This document shows, piece after piece, positions 30,745-40,512 of a stretch of 64,000 nucleotides of DNA. Under the pieces are notes generated by a model that made no database searches, was not told the DNA's origin, and saw only the letters and a program-made list of their open reading frames with translations. A program made the position numbers and the translations under genes. Where the stretch lies: NCBI GenBank assembly GCA_964452615.1, contig CAYVMS010000001.1, positions 1,997 through 65,996 of the forward strand. Direction: 5' to 3'. Position 1 is the first letter of the stretch, and every line of letters begins with the position of its first letter. Source of the stretch: an uncultured Terracidiphilus sp. (lineage in GTDB: Bacteria > Acidobacteriota > Terriglobia > Terriglobales > Acidobacteriaceae).

Positions 30745-32496
30745 GTGCAAAACGCTCAGTCGATTACGCCGACAGCGCGGCCCATCCCGATCATCCTCAT
30801 TCTGATGACGGTTGTCGTGGTCCACCTGCCGCTTTTGCTCATGAAGTTGCCGCTGAAATCGTACGACGCTAACTTTCACATTTTCTTTGCCTCTCATTAT
30901 GTCCACCATTGGTTTGAGCCCTGGAACTCGAAGTGGTATGCAGGCTTTTCCCAGACCACATATCCTCCCTTGCCGCAGCAATGGGTGGCTTTGGCCTCTC
31001 GCATTCTCGGCTTGGACATGGCATATATGGCGGTACAGCTTGTCGCCATTTTGTTTCTTGTCGTGGGCGTCTATCGTTTTTCATTGCTTTGGGTCAGTCC
31101 GCGCGCCGCATCGATCGCTGCTCTGGCGAGTGTATTTCTCGGCTCGGAAAGTTTTCTTATTTATTCTGCAGGACAATTGGGCACAACATGTGCGGCGCCA
31201 ATCTATTTGAACGCTCTTCCGTTCCTGTTCGAGTGGGTCCGATATGGCAAATGGCGATCCTTTCTCAAAGCGAGCGTGCTATTTACCGCTGCCGCGGCTG
31301 CCCACCATGCGACGTTGCTCTTTGGGTCATTCTTCTTCGCAGTACCAGTATTGGCGCTGGCGTTTCTTGATCGTCAGGGTGATGAACGGATCTCGACTCC
31401 GGCCTTTGCCCTTCGTTCCATCGCGATCGTCGTAGTGGTGGGAGTTGCAATTGCAATTGTGCTTCTTCCGTTTTGGATCGCACTGATTCACTATCCTGTC
31501 ACCCAGGCTCCTATTCCGCATCCCAGTCGCGCAAACTACATCCTGAGCCCTCAGTGGGGTCTCAACTACTTCGTCATCCCTTATGGAGCTGTAATCCTAG
31601 CCCTTCCGTTCATATTTATACGGGGTTCCGAAGTTGCCAGGCTTCGTCCCTTGCTTTTCGGTTTCTGGGTGGCATTTATGGTGGGCCTCGGCGGAACAAC
31701 TCCCGTGGGTCATCTTCTGCTGGGACGAGCCTTCGACGTGCTGACCATGGAACGTTTCAGCTATTGGGCTACGTTGCTCGCAATGCCTTTCGTTGGACTT
31801 ATTGCCGCAAAACTCGTTGATCGATATCGACTTTGGGCGATTGCCGGTTTGACCCTGATGGCGGCTTTCAGTTGTGCGCTGGCCGTGGGATGGGCAACCT
31901 ATCGACCAGCGGATGCCGAGGATTTCAATGTCGATCCAGTTGCATCGTGGCTTAATCGTGACGGTCACGATCAGTACCGCTACGTCACCCTGGGATTCGG
32001 TAATAAAATCTCGCGGCTGGCAATGATGACGAATGCCGGTAGCGTTGACGGCGAGTGGAACTCCGGGAGGATGCTGCCAGAGTTGACTCGCTACGGTGCG
32101 GGTGCACTCACCAGCTCAAAATATTTCGGCGAACCCGGTCTCGATGCACTCCGTGGGATGTTGGCGCACGCAGACCATTACGGTCTCAAATGGGTATTTG
32201 TGCGGGATCGATATTACGATCCGCTTCTGTCTTTTGCGGGCTGGCGCCAAGTGGACAACCTTGAAAACAAAACCATCATCATATGGAGCAAAGATGGAGT
32301 GCCACCTGCTATACCAATGAACGCGCCGCAGGCTCCTCCACACTGGCAAGGCCTCATGTGGGGTATTCTTCCATTCGGCAGCAGTCTCTTGGCTATCCTG
32401 GTTATTCTGATTCCAGAAAAGAGTCGCCAGAAAAGACGAGTTGTGCGTACAATCGCCACCGATGAATTTCTTGCGCACGGAAGGTTGGTCTCATGA
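30745..32496 (+). CDS. Polytopic membrane protein, GT-C-like / PTPS-related family (putative lipid-phosphate-sugar-dependent glycosyltransferase or polymerase)
   Basis: More than 10 TM helices; first-loop YDANFH; WNSKWYAGF...YPPL; AHHATL; C-terminal soluble domain plus TM; GAGAGG RBS before GTG 30745. Confidence 0.65.
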   Translation: MQNAQSITPTARPIPIILILMTVVVVHLPLLLMKLPLKSYDANFHIFFASHYVHHWFEPWNSKWYAGFSQTTYPPLPQQWVALASRILGLDMAYMAVQLVAILFLVVGVYRFSLLWVSPRAASIAALASVFLGSESFLIYSAGQLGTTCAAPIYLNALPFLFEWVRYGKWRSFLKASVLFTAAAAAHHATLLFGSFFFAVPVLALAFLDRQGDERISTPAFALRSIAIVVVVGVAIAIVLLPFWIALIHYPVTQAPIPHPSRANYILSPQWGLNYFVIPYGAVILALPFIFIRGSEVARLRPLLFGFWVAFMVGLGGTTPVGHLLLGRAFDVLTMERFSYWATLLAMPFVGLIAAKLVDRYRLWAIAGLTLMAAFSCALAVGWATYRPADAEDFNVDPVASWLNRDGHDQYRYVTLGFGNKISRLAMMTNAGSVDGEWNSGRMLPELTRYGAGALTSSKYFGEPGLDALRGMLAHADHYGLKWVFVRDRYYDPLLSFAGWRQVDNLENKTIIIWSKDGVPPAIPMNAPQAPPHWQGLMWGILPFGSSLLAILVILIPEKSRQKRRVVRTIATDEFLAHGRLVS

Positions 32497-33620
32497 ACAA
32501 GGGGCGCCTCCTAGCTGTCTATCTGACAGTTGCGACAGTAGCACTTATAGTGATAGGAACACTATGGCCTGTGCCGACAGCAGTGGCCTATGCCGGCAGA
32601 GGAAGACTGCTGCAATCGTCATCAACCCCGGAAGCGGCGGTCGAGAATCTAGCTGAAGACATCCGTACGCAAGCCTGGCAAAAGGCATATACCCATCTCG
32701 CCAACAAAGCTCAATTCACGGAGCAGGAGTTTGTGAACGATTTGACAGGATATTACCCCAGCCTTCTGACCTACTCGACACTGGACAAATTCGAAGTGCG
32801 GCCGCTCCACGCCTCTGCCAATGAAGCTGAAATTGAACTCAAGTTGCAATGGTCCACCGTTGTTGGCGCTTCCGTAAGCACACGCAACTTGCGTGTCGTA
32901 AAGATTGGCGATCACTGGGAACCGGAGTGGCCAATCGTCAAGGAGCCCATCGTGCCTCCACAAGTTATCCCAGTAAATTATCTGCGCTGGGATGTGATCT
33001 ACCGCGGTGCGGGAGATGACTGGGGCGCTCAGGACGCGGAAGCGCCTCATGTGCGCATTGTGGATATGCATCCCGTGGAACGGGCGGACGGCGTGGTGAT
33101 TCTCGGCGAGCTTTTGAACGAAGATGTCGTGCCTGCCTACGTGTCGGTTAACGCGACCCTGTTATCGAAGAGCAAGCTGCCGATTGCATCCGAAGGCAGC
33201 TTTGACAAGATCTCCCACCTTTTGCTACCGAAGCAAGTAACGCCGTTTCTCATTAAGTTTCCCAACGTGAATCTCTCCGAGGTCGGCAGTGTTCGAATGG
33301 AGCCTTTGTCGACGCTCGTATCTGCCTCGGCAGACCCCGTGATCGAGATCGACAATGAACAACTGCATCCGGCGCCGGAGGCGTCATTGACCGGTCAACT
33401 GATCAATCAAAGTGGTCAGGTTGTAAATGTCGCTCACGTTCTCGGAGCCTTCTACGATAAGAGCGGTCAAGTGATTTGGGTCGCTGACGAGTATATCGAC
33501 CGCGCCCTTTCGCCACAGAACCCCGTGCCGTTTGAGATTCATATCCCTGAGGATCTCGCAAGGAATGTCAGTAGTCAGCGGACCGTCATTGCGACATACA
33601 CTTCCGGAGGTTCCCTGTGA
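32493..33620 (+). CDS. Membrane-anchored periplasmic hypothetical protein with FxLYD-like Ig domains
   Basis: N-terminal TM; NTF2-like region; LGELLN..., GQLINQSG..VLGAFYDKSG; ATGA coupling. Confidence 0.7.
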   Translation: MNKGRLLAVYLTVATVALIVIGTLWPVPTAVAYAGRGRLLQSSSTPEAAVENLAEDIRTQAWQKAYTHLANKAQFTEQEFVNDLTGYYPSLLTYSTLDKFEVRPLHASANEAEIELKLQWSTVVGASVSTRNLRVVKIGDHWEPEWPIVKEPIVPPQVIPVNYLRWDVIYRGAGDDWGAQDAEAPHVRIVDMHPVERADGVVILGELLNEDVVPAYVSVNATLLSKSKLPIASEGSFDKISHLLLPKQVTPFLIKFPNVNLSEVGSVRMEPLSTLVSASADPVIEIDNEQLHPAPEASLTGQLINQSGQVVNVAHVLGAFYDKSGQVIWVADEYIDRALSPQNPVPFEIHIPEDLARNVSSQRTVIATYTSGGSL

Positions 33621-34486
33621 TAACCAGATGGGCATTCCTGCTCAGTGGCATGGGTTTGGTCTTGATGCAATTGGCTTTTGCTGAGGAAGGGGGCATGCGC
33701 CTGCCAAAAGCCGTTGAAGCCGGCGACGCGTTCTCGATTCAGAGCGCCAGGAGCGAAAAAGCGACTCTATACATCATAGGCCCCGAGCAGGTATTGAAGC
33801 GCGAAATACAAACGGGAGAGACGACGCTGTTTCCTGCGGGGTCGCTTTACAATGCCGGCCACTACCTGGCCGTTCTTATAGGAGACTCGTCAACAGAGAC
33901 CGGCTCATTTGATGTAGTGCCTTCAAGTAAACCCGCGGACCTGAGTTTTCTCGCGAGACCTTCTCGCCTCCAGGTCGGCATTCATGACGGCATCACCGGT
34001 GCCGTGTATCTCTTCGATGCCTATCACAATCTAATCGTCGCACCGACATCAGTATCCTTTGAACTGTCGAATCCATCTGGCACTGTGGAGAAGCGCATAA
34101 TGGTGACCCGTGATGGCGCTGCCTGGACAGGGATGGACTCCACTGCTCAACAAGGCATTGATAAGTTTGTGGCTCGGTCGGGCGGAATCTCTAGCACACG
34201 CATCGTAAGGCAGGTCCCAGGCGATCCGTGCGAGTTAAAGATGAGCGCACGGCAAGCGGGCAAGCAAGTTCAATTAGCAACAGAGCCGGTGCGCGATTGC
34301 AACGGCAATGCGGTACCGGACGGGACAATAGTGACCTTTACTGCGACTTATAGAGGCCTGCAGTCGACGGTCGATGTACCGCTCAAGCGCGGTTTTGCAG
34401 AGGTGCAAATGGCCGAGCATAGCGGAGCAATGTTCTCTGTTGCGAGCGGGGTTGTTCTGGGGAACCAGATTCGATGGGATAAGTAG
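33617..34486 (+). CDS. Secreted Ig/invasin-like hypothetical protein
   Basis: Signal peptide; DAYHNLI and VRDCNGNAVPDGTIVTF Big-1-like motifs; GTGA coupling. Confidence 0.7.
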   Translation: MITRWAFLLSGMGLVLMQLAFAEEGGMRLPKAVEAGDAFSIQSARSEKATLYIIGPEQVLKREIQTGETTLFPAGSLYNAGHYLAVLIGDSSTETGSFDVVPSSKPADLSFLARPSRLQVGIHDGITGAVYLFDAYHNLIVAPTSVSFELSNPSGTVEKRIMVTRDGAAWTGMDSTAQQGIDKFVARSGGISSTRIVRQVPGDPCELKMSARQAGKQVQLATEPVRDCNGNAVPDGTIVTFTATYRGLQSTVDVPLKRGFAEVQMAEHSGAMFSVASGVVLGNQIRWDK

Positions 34487-34488
34487 CC

Positions 34489-34983
34489 ATGCTAAAGCGC
34501 CTTCTAATTCTTTGCGCGATCTTTGCCGTAGCCACGTGCAGCGGGTTCTCTCAGGCGACTGTGCGCGTTGAACCAGCGCGCCTGCAGGGTCCACGTACTT
34601 TACCTGAACAGACAGAGGCAGCAGCGATTCGCGATTATCTGCAGTCCTGGCAGAGTTTGCGAGCCGCGCTTGAGCAGAATCGTTCGGACATGCTCGATCT
34701 ATCTTTTGTAGGAACAGCCAAAGACAAGCTCGCGGACACAATTCAGCAGCAAGCAGCGCTGGGAATTTGCACGCGTTATCAGGATCGTGCACACGACATA
34801 CAGATCGTTTTCTACTCGCCGGAGGGGCTTTCCATTGAGCTGACTGACAAGGTTGACTACGACGTGCAGGTCCTCGACCATGGCAAGGTCAAAACTACAC
34901 AACATGTAAGCGCTCGATACTTCATAGTCTTAACACCCACCGAGGTGCGATGGAGAGTGCGGGTCTTCCAAGCAGCGTCATGA
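34489..34983 (+). CDS. Secreted hypothetical protein (NTF2-like fold suspected)
   Basis: Signal peptide; 2 nt after the previous stop; helix-then-beta pattern ending WRVR. Confidence 0.68.
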   Translation: MLKRLLILCAIFAVATCSGFSQATVRVEPARLQGPRTLPEQTEAAAIRDYLQSWQSLRAALEQNRSDMLDLSFVGTAKDKLADTIQQQAALGICTRYQDRAHDIQIVFYSPEGLSIELTDKVDYDVQVLDHGKVKTTQHVSARYFIVLTPTEVRWRVRVFQAAS

Positions 34984-35091
34984 AGATGTAACATCTCGAA
35001 TTCGGAAAAAATGGAACCTGCAACTTGGGTTGACAGCGAACGAGAAAGAACCTTCTAACGAAGGCACAACTCGAAATTCCAGGAGTCGAAT

Positions 35092-36126
35092 ATGATCTCT
35101 ATCGTTGCGCCTAAACACGATTCGAAAATGGTCTCTGTCGTGGTGCCCATCTACAACGAAGAGGAACTGGTCGCGCGGTTCCATGAGGCTGTGGCAAGTG
35201 CTTTGGAAAGCACTCACACAGAATGGGAAGTAGTGTATGTCAACGATGGTTCAACGGATTGCTCGCTTGAGTTGCTAAAGGGGCTCCATACCATGGATTC
35301 GCGTGTGGTAGTAGTGGAACTCTCTCGCAACTGGGGACATATGGGGGCGATTACGGCCGGAATTAAGACCGCGCATGGCGACGCAGTGATCCTGATGGAT
35401 GGCGATTTTCAGGATCCACCAGAAATTTTGCCGCAACTGATTGATGCATGGCAGGCCGGTGCTGAGGTTGTGGTCGCGGTAAGAAGGAGTCGGCAAGAAA
35501 GGCGCAAGATTCTGGCCAAACTATTTCCTCTCTTCTATCGCGTTCTAGGAACTCTCTCCGACTACCCGATACCTCTGAATGCAGGAATATTTGGTCTCAT
35601 GGATCGAAAAGCCGTGGATTCAGTGAATGCCTTGGGAGAGAAGAACCGGTACTTGCCCGGGCTTAGAGCCTGGGTCGGTTATCGAAACTCCGTGGTGTAC
35701 TATGATCGCCAGGACCGGCTAGCCGGCGATGGAAAGCTCTCGTTCTTAAGCCGGATTAAATACGCGATGGATGCGATTACGAGTTTCAGCTACAAGCCCT
35801 TGCGACTCAGCTTCGCGCTTTTTTGCTTTTCTAACTGTATAGCTGGACTTATGGCGTTCTTTCTGCTCCTTTCGATTTGGAGGAACCCAGTAAACGCGGC
35901 AGGATTCGCTGTGGCGGCTTCAGTTTTCTTTGTTGGAGGCCTATTGTTTCTCTCCTTGGGGGTGCTCGGAGAATATGTTGGACGAGTATACGACGAGGTG
36001 CGTGGCCGTCCTCTATCGATCATTAGTTCGGTCCACCGTTCTCCGGCAATGACTGCCCCTCATTTCGGCATAACCGACGCGCAAGAGGGCAGTGGAAACA
36101 ACCGTGAAGTAACCGATGCGGCATAG
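35092..36126 (+). CDS. GT2 polyprenyl-phosphate glycosyltransferase (GtrB/ArnC/DPM1-like)
   Basis: SVVVPIYNEE, VNDGSTD, LSRNWGH, MDGDFQDPPE, NRYLPGLRAWVG and two C-terminal TMs with LGEYVGR. Confidence 0.9.
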   Translation: MISIVAPKHDSKMVSVVVPIYNEEELVARFHEAVASALESTHTEWEVVYVNDGSTDCSLELLKGLHTMDSRVVVVELSRNWGHMGAITAGIKTAHGDAVILMDGDFQDPPEILPQLIDAWQAGAEVVVAVRRSRQERRKILAKLFPLFYRVLGTLSDYPIPLNAGIFGLMDRKAVDSVNALGEKNRYLPGLRAWVGYRNSVVYYDRQDRLAGDGKLSFLSRIKYAMDAITSFSYKPLRLSFALFCFSNCIAGLMAFFLLLSIWRNPVNAAGFAVAASVFFVGGLLFLSLGVLGEYVGRVYDEVRGRPLSIISSVHRSPAMTAPHFGITDAQEGSGNNREVTDAA

Positions 36127-36215
36127 AGATTGAGCCATCCTCCAGCGGCGGCTGAAAGATATCACACGCCCCACTACTGCAGGTCGAAGCGGGAATCCCC
36201 TCCGACTTTCATCTT

Positions 36216-37223
36216 CTATGGTTTCTCCTTGTACGCTTGAGAATTCCCCGTAGGAATCGTCGAAGTGTGTTCCAGCACTCCAGCACCGCAAGTAGGAATT
36301 CCACCCTCAATAGCCGTGCCTTCCTCGTGGTCATTCCACGTCTCGACCATAACGAAGGGCAGAAGATCATCCGGTGGAAAATACTTGCGCCATAAGTTGG
36401 AGGTATCGGCAAACGTATGACCACACCGCGCAGAGATATGCCGGTTCAGCCCCCAGGAGGCTTTGCTGTCGTCGAAACTGGACCACACGCCACCCACAAT
36501 AATCTTGTCGGGATACTTTGTGCGCATCGTTTCGTAAAAGTCATTCAGATACTGGTCTCCCCAATTGCTGCCGTCCGATGCCCACCCTCTCTCTCCCGGG
36601 CTTATCCATGCGTAGAAGCCGTCGAAGGCACCCGCAAACTGGTCAGGCAGGTTTTCATAGATCAACAGCGGAGGAACGCTCCACTTGCTTACCATAGTCC
36701 GTATCCTATTCCAGTCAGTGTGCTTTCCTGTTGGAAAGATAAAAATTACAGGGCGCCCTTCGTAGGTGAGATAAGCCTGATGTCCCTGTGCCTTTGAGGA
36801 AAGGTAAGTATCATGGAACATCGTGAAATCTGCAAGAGCCTCCTCTGTGGCCCCATCATCTTCACGCGTTTCGTCATACATCATTGCCACCCGGAAGTTC
36901 TCGTTGGCAGCCGCTGTTTGCAACAAGGCATAGCTGCGATCAATGAACGGCTCCCGGTCCCCGTACCAGTCCACGACGAACGCGGATATCCTCATGGATT
37001 TCGCCTGGCGAATCTGCTTGGTTATCACGGCAGTATCCAGTGAAGAATAGCCGACAGAGATGTGCTTGGGATGCCCGAACCATGCCTCATACAAGGCGAT
37101 CGTCTCTGGCGAGTTTCCCACTGCCCTGTACTTGAGTCGCAGCGCATGGTTCGACTCCGGGACAAAGCACCCGTGAGGTAGCAGGAAAAGACAGAGAAAT
37201 ACACCCTTTGCACCGTTCAACAT
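36216..37223 (-). CDS. GH71/GH99-like glycoside hydrolase (endo-alpha-mannosidase/alpha-glucanase-like)
   Basis: IALYEAWFG, AFVVDWYG, YEGRPVIFIF, FDGFYAW and ETWNDHEEGTAIE motifs. Confidence 0.78.
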   Translation of the reverse strand: MLNGAKGVFLCLFLLPHGCFVPESNHALRLKYRAVGNSPETIALYEAWFGHPKHISVGYSSLDTAVITKQIRQAKSMRISAFVVDWYGDREPFIDRSYALLQTAAANENFRVAMMYDETREDDGATEEALADFTMFHDTYLSSKAQGHQAYLTYEGRPVIFIFPTGKHTDWNRIRTMVSKWSVPPLLIYENLPDQFAGAFDGFYAWISPGERGWASDGSNWGDQYLNDFYETMRTKYPDKIIVGGVWSSFDDSKASWGLNRHISARCGHTFADTSNLWRKYFPPDDLLPFVMVETWNDHEEGTAIEGGIPTCGAGVLEHTSTIPTGNSQAYKEKP

Positions 37224-37395
37224 TGGCCCATCCGTCAGGTAGAGGCCATGAGACTCCTCTTAGTTTTTTATAGCAAACAATCAACTCAAGCACTGATTCA
37301 TTTTGAACAGCCAAACCGCGCATCGGCACACGATACTGATCTCGTAACGGCACGGATAGAGCTGTATCCACAGCTTGAGTCAGATTCCTTTTTGA

Positions 37396-39465
37396 ATGGC
37401 GAATAGGGGATTCACAAGAGCGGTGAATGGCTTGGCCCAACAAACAGAAACACTGCAGGCACGCATTGTCTCGGGTAGTGTTGTATTGCTCTCAGGCTCA
37501 AGCCTGACGACCGCAATCAACCTCGCCTATAATATTTTAATCGCCCGTTTCCTTGGCCCGCAAGGCTTTGGTCATGCTACAGCTGTTTACACTATCCTCA
37601 CCCTGATCTCCGCTGTAACTCTCTCCTTCCAGATCGTCTCCGCAAAGGTAGTGGCTCAACAAAGTTCCTTAGAAGTGAAAGCCGCGGTATACCGCAGATT
37701 ACATCTCGGCGCATGGGGATGCGGAATTATCGTCGCACTTATACTGCTCTCCTACCAGAGATTGATTGCGGACTATCTCAATCTTCCTTCTTCGGTTCTC
37801 GTCGCTATCCTGGCTATAGGTGCAGCTTTCTACGTTCCCCTGGGAAGCAGGCGAGGTTACATCCAGGGCACCTACGGCTTTCGTCGCTTGGCCACCAATC
37901 TCGTCCTCGAAGGTGTGGTTCGACTTGTAGGATCGCTACTTGCAATCTCTGCAGGTCTGGGTGTCAAGGGGGTGATTGCGGCCAATGCGATAGCGGTCGG
38001 AGCGGCCTATCTTGCTATTTCACCTAAACTTCCTATCTATGTTCCAAGCCCTCTTCGCCTATCGCACGCCTTACGCGAGATATCTCAAGCAATGATCTTT
38101 TTTTCAGGGCAAGTTCTGATCAATAACTGTGACATTGTTCTAGTCAAACACTTCTTCTTTGCGGAAGAGGCCGGACTCTACGCAGCCGTAGCAATGGTTG
38201 GCCGGGTGATTTTCGCCTTCAGTTCAGCGGTTGTGAATAGCATGTTTCCGCTTGTGGCGGGCACTCAACAGGAAGAGAGAAGGGGCGTTAAAGTTATCGC
38301 GACTTCGCTCTCGCTGGTCCTGGGTACAGGTCTTTTCTTGGCCTTGGGTCTAAGCATCGCACCTGCAAAACTTTGGACAAATCTCTTCGGATCTGGATTC
38401 GAGATCGACGGCAAGTACAATCTTCCGTATCTATTGGCACTGTATGCCGTTACAACAATAATCTATTCGCTCAGCGTCGTGATCATCACCTACGAAATGT
38501 CCTACAAGATTGCAAATACCGGTTGGATACAACTGGCATTCAGTGGGACGGTCATCGCAGGTATCTGCCGTTTTCATTCGTCTTTACGCGAAGTCATCCT
38601 TGTCCAACTTGTCCTGATGGTCGCTCTCCTTATCTCAGTTGCATTGCCATTCCTTTTCGATTTGCTGACTAATGAAGATGAGTTGACGCGGCCTGAGGGC
38701 TGTCGGTCGGTTAGGTTGATTAGGCACGTTTCTGAAAATGAGGTCATCGCGGAATTTCTGAAGAGTGACTTCTACTCTCCTCCGTTTCGAAACTACCAGG
38801 AGAGTCTGGGTGCGATTGTCAACAACCCTAACCTTGATGATGCTTACGAAAATGCCGCACGGCGAGCGCTGCTATTCATTCGGCACTTTGCCCTATGGAA
38901 GGAGCTTCCCACCGGAACGAAATGGTATGAGGTAGATATCAACGAAGCTGGACTCAATCAAATTAGGCAATTTCCACGGGCCCAGTGGCGAAAGCTTGCG
39001 CGGGGCAATTTTTCGATCACGGAAATCGCCGAAAGCTGGCACACACGCCAACACCTGGTCGATGCCCAATTTCTTTCAAAGATTGCCGCGATTGGCAATG
39101 AGCTTGACCGGGAGGATCCAAACTTTGGTCCTATCATCCTCATTGGTCTAGACGAAAACAATCCTCTTACGGTTCTGGATGGAAATCACAGGATGGCGGC
39201 CGCAATGCTTGCGACGCCAGACAATCTGAAGAAGCTCCGATTTCTATGCGGGTTGTCGCCCAAGATGAGAAGTTGTTGTTGGTATAGCACGAACCTAGTA
39301 ACTCTTTTCCGATATGGGAGAAATGCATTGGGACGAGCGCTACGTAATCACGAAGCCGAGCTCGCATACATTTTGCAAAATCCAGGAAAGCCGAGCCATA
39401 GCACGAGAGGCGGTGAATCGAACAATCGCAGCACCTTAGGCAAAATAGCTGATGTTGACTCTTAA
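37396..39465 (+). CDS. Wzx/MOP-family oligosaccharide flippase fused to a C-terminal ParB/Srx-like (DGNHR) domain
   Basis: About 12 TMs with ARFLGPQGFG and DIVLVKHFF..AGLYAA; soluble C-terminal ~260 aa with VSENEVIAEFL and IILIG..TVLDGNHRMAA. Confidence 0.82.
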   Translation: MANRGFTRAVNGLAQQTETLQARIVSGSVVLLSGSSLTTAINLAYNILIARFLGPQGFGHATAVYTILTLISAVTLSFQIVSAKVVAQQSSLEVKAAVYRRLHLGAWGCGIIVALILLSYQRLIADYLNLPSSVLVAILAIGAAFYVPLGSRRGYIQGTYGFRRLATNLVLEGVVRLVGSLLAISAGLGVKGVIAANAIAVGAAYLAISPKLPIYVPSPLRLSHALREISQAMIFFSGQVLINNCDIVLVKHFFFAEEAGLYAAVAMVGRVIFAFSSAVVNSMFPLVAGTQQEERRGVKVIATSLSLVLGTGLFLALGLSIAPAKLWTNLFGSGFEIDGKYNLPYLLALYAVTTIIYSLSVVIITYEMSYKIANTGWIQLAFSGTVIAGICRFHSSLREVILVQLVLMVALLISVALPFLFDLLTNEDELTRPEGCRSVRLIRHVSENEVIAEFLKSDFYSPPFRNYQESLGAIVNNPNLDDAYENAARRALLFIRHFALWKELPTGTKWYEVDINEAGLNQIRQFPRAQWRKLARGNFSITEIAESWHTRQHLVDAQFLSKIAAIGNELDREDPNFGPIILIGLDENNPLTVLDGNHRMAAAMLATPDNLKKLRFLCGLSPKMRSCCWYSTNLVTLFRYGRNALGRALRNHEAELAYILQNPGKPSHSTRGGESNNRSTLGKIADVDS

Positions 39466-39502
39466 GAACAAATCGAGGAGAGAACAGAGGGGAGAACATA
39501 AT

Positions 39503-39901
39503 ATGACACTTCGGGTTTGCAATGTCGAGGTAAAGCAGTTACCGGAAGAATTGAACTGGAAACGTGCGCGTCTCTTTTTAGACGAATTGGAGAGGTGCAT
39601 GATTACCGACCGGCCCTGCATTGTTCTGGATTGCTCCAATGTGCGCCAAATGGATCGGTCTGTAATTCATCTACTGCTACGTTGCCTGGAAGAGGCGATA
39701 AAACGCAATGGCGACGTCAAGCTCACCGCAGTTCCTGAAGCAGGAAGGACGACTCTGGAACTAACAGGAGTTAGCCGTCTATTTGAGATATTTGAAACGA
39801 ATGCCGACGCGCTTAGCAGCTTTCATCGACTTCCGACAGAAGCGGCTTTGCACATAACTTCTCTATCCGGATCATATCTAACTTCTGAGAATGCCGCGTA
39901 G
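39503..39901 (+). CDS. STAS domain (anti-sigma-factor antagonist-like) protein
   Basis: IVLDCSNVRQMDRS..NGDVKL..LELTGVSRLFEIF; GGAG RBS. Confidence 0.85.
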   Translation: MTLRVCNVEVKQLPEELNWKRARLFLDELERCMITDRPCIVLDCSNVRQMDRSVIHLLLRCLEEAIKRNGDVKLTAVPEAGRTTLELTGVSRLFEIFETNADALSSFHRLPTEAALHITSLSGSYLTSENAA

Positions 39902-39956
39902 TCGCTTTGAGGTGGTCATTCTGAGATAAATGATTTAACCGGGTTCAGGGGGACAA

Positions 39957-40469
39957 ATGAGAATGTCTAGTCGTTGGGCGAGAAGACAGATTGCAAACGG
40001 CCTTGTCGTATTGTTGACGGTTCAGCTTGCGGGTGCTGCACCAGCGACGCCGCAGCAATCAGGTCGCGGCCAGGTGGAGCAAAGTACGCAAGCTGTTGAA
40101 GATCAAGGGCAAAACCCCGACGGTCAAACCAAGAAGCCGGACTCAAGCACAACCCAGCCAGAAAAACCGATCGCTGAAGGGCCAGACTCTGCGCACCCGC
40201 AAGTCGGCGATCAGAATGGACAGAGCGGTGCTCCATCGTCCAGCTCGGAACAACAGCAGGACGACCTCCCTAAACCAGTTGGCACGGCGGCGGCTCCCTA
40301 TCAGAGGACAACCGGTGTTACTGCGTCCAGACCCGCCGGAGCAGTGATTGCGCCAGCGAAACAGCGTCGCGCACGCACCATTCTGATTCGAGTTAGTTTA
40401 GTGGCGGGCGCCGCCGTCGCCGTTGGGATAGTCGTGGCGCTCTCCCATGGAAGCCCAAGCCGGCCATAA
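39957..40469 (+). CDS. Hypothetical protein: signal peptide, Gln/Pro-rich linker, C-terminal TM
   Basis: GGGGGA RBS; KPVGTAAAP..ASRPAGAVIAPAKQRR followed by a hydrophobic helix. Confidence 0.7.
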   Translation: MRMSSRWARRQIANGLVVLLTVQLAGAAPATPQQSGRGQVEQSTQAVEDQGQNPDGQTKKPDSSTTQPEKPIAEGPDSAHPQVGDQNGQSGAPSSSSEQQQDDLPKPVGTAAAPYQRTTGVTASRPAGAVIAPAKQRRARTILIRVSLVAGAAVAVGIVVALSHGSPSRP

Positions 40470-40512
40470 TGAGGCAGAGTCAAGATGCATTTAATGAAAT
40501 GTGGAGCACAAC

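Noticed and set aside
24469-39465. Canonical pel, bcs or pga operon
   Set aside because: No PelA/PelC/PelD, BcsA/BcsB or PgaB/PgaC signatures; only the architecture is analogous.
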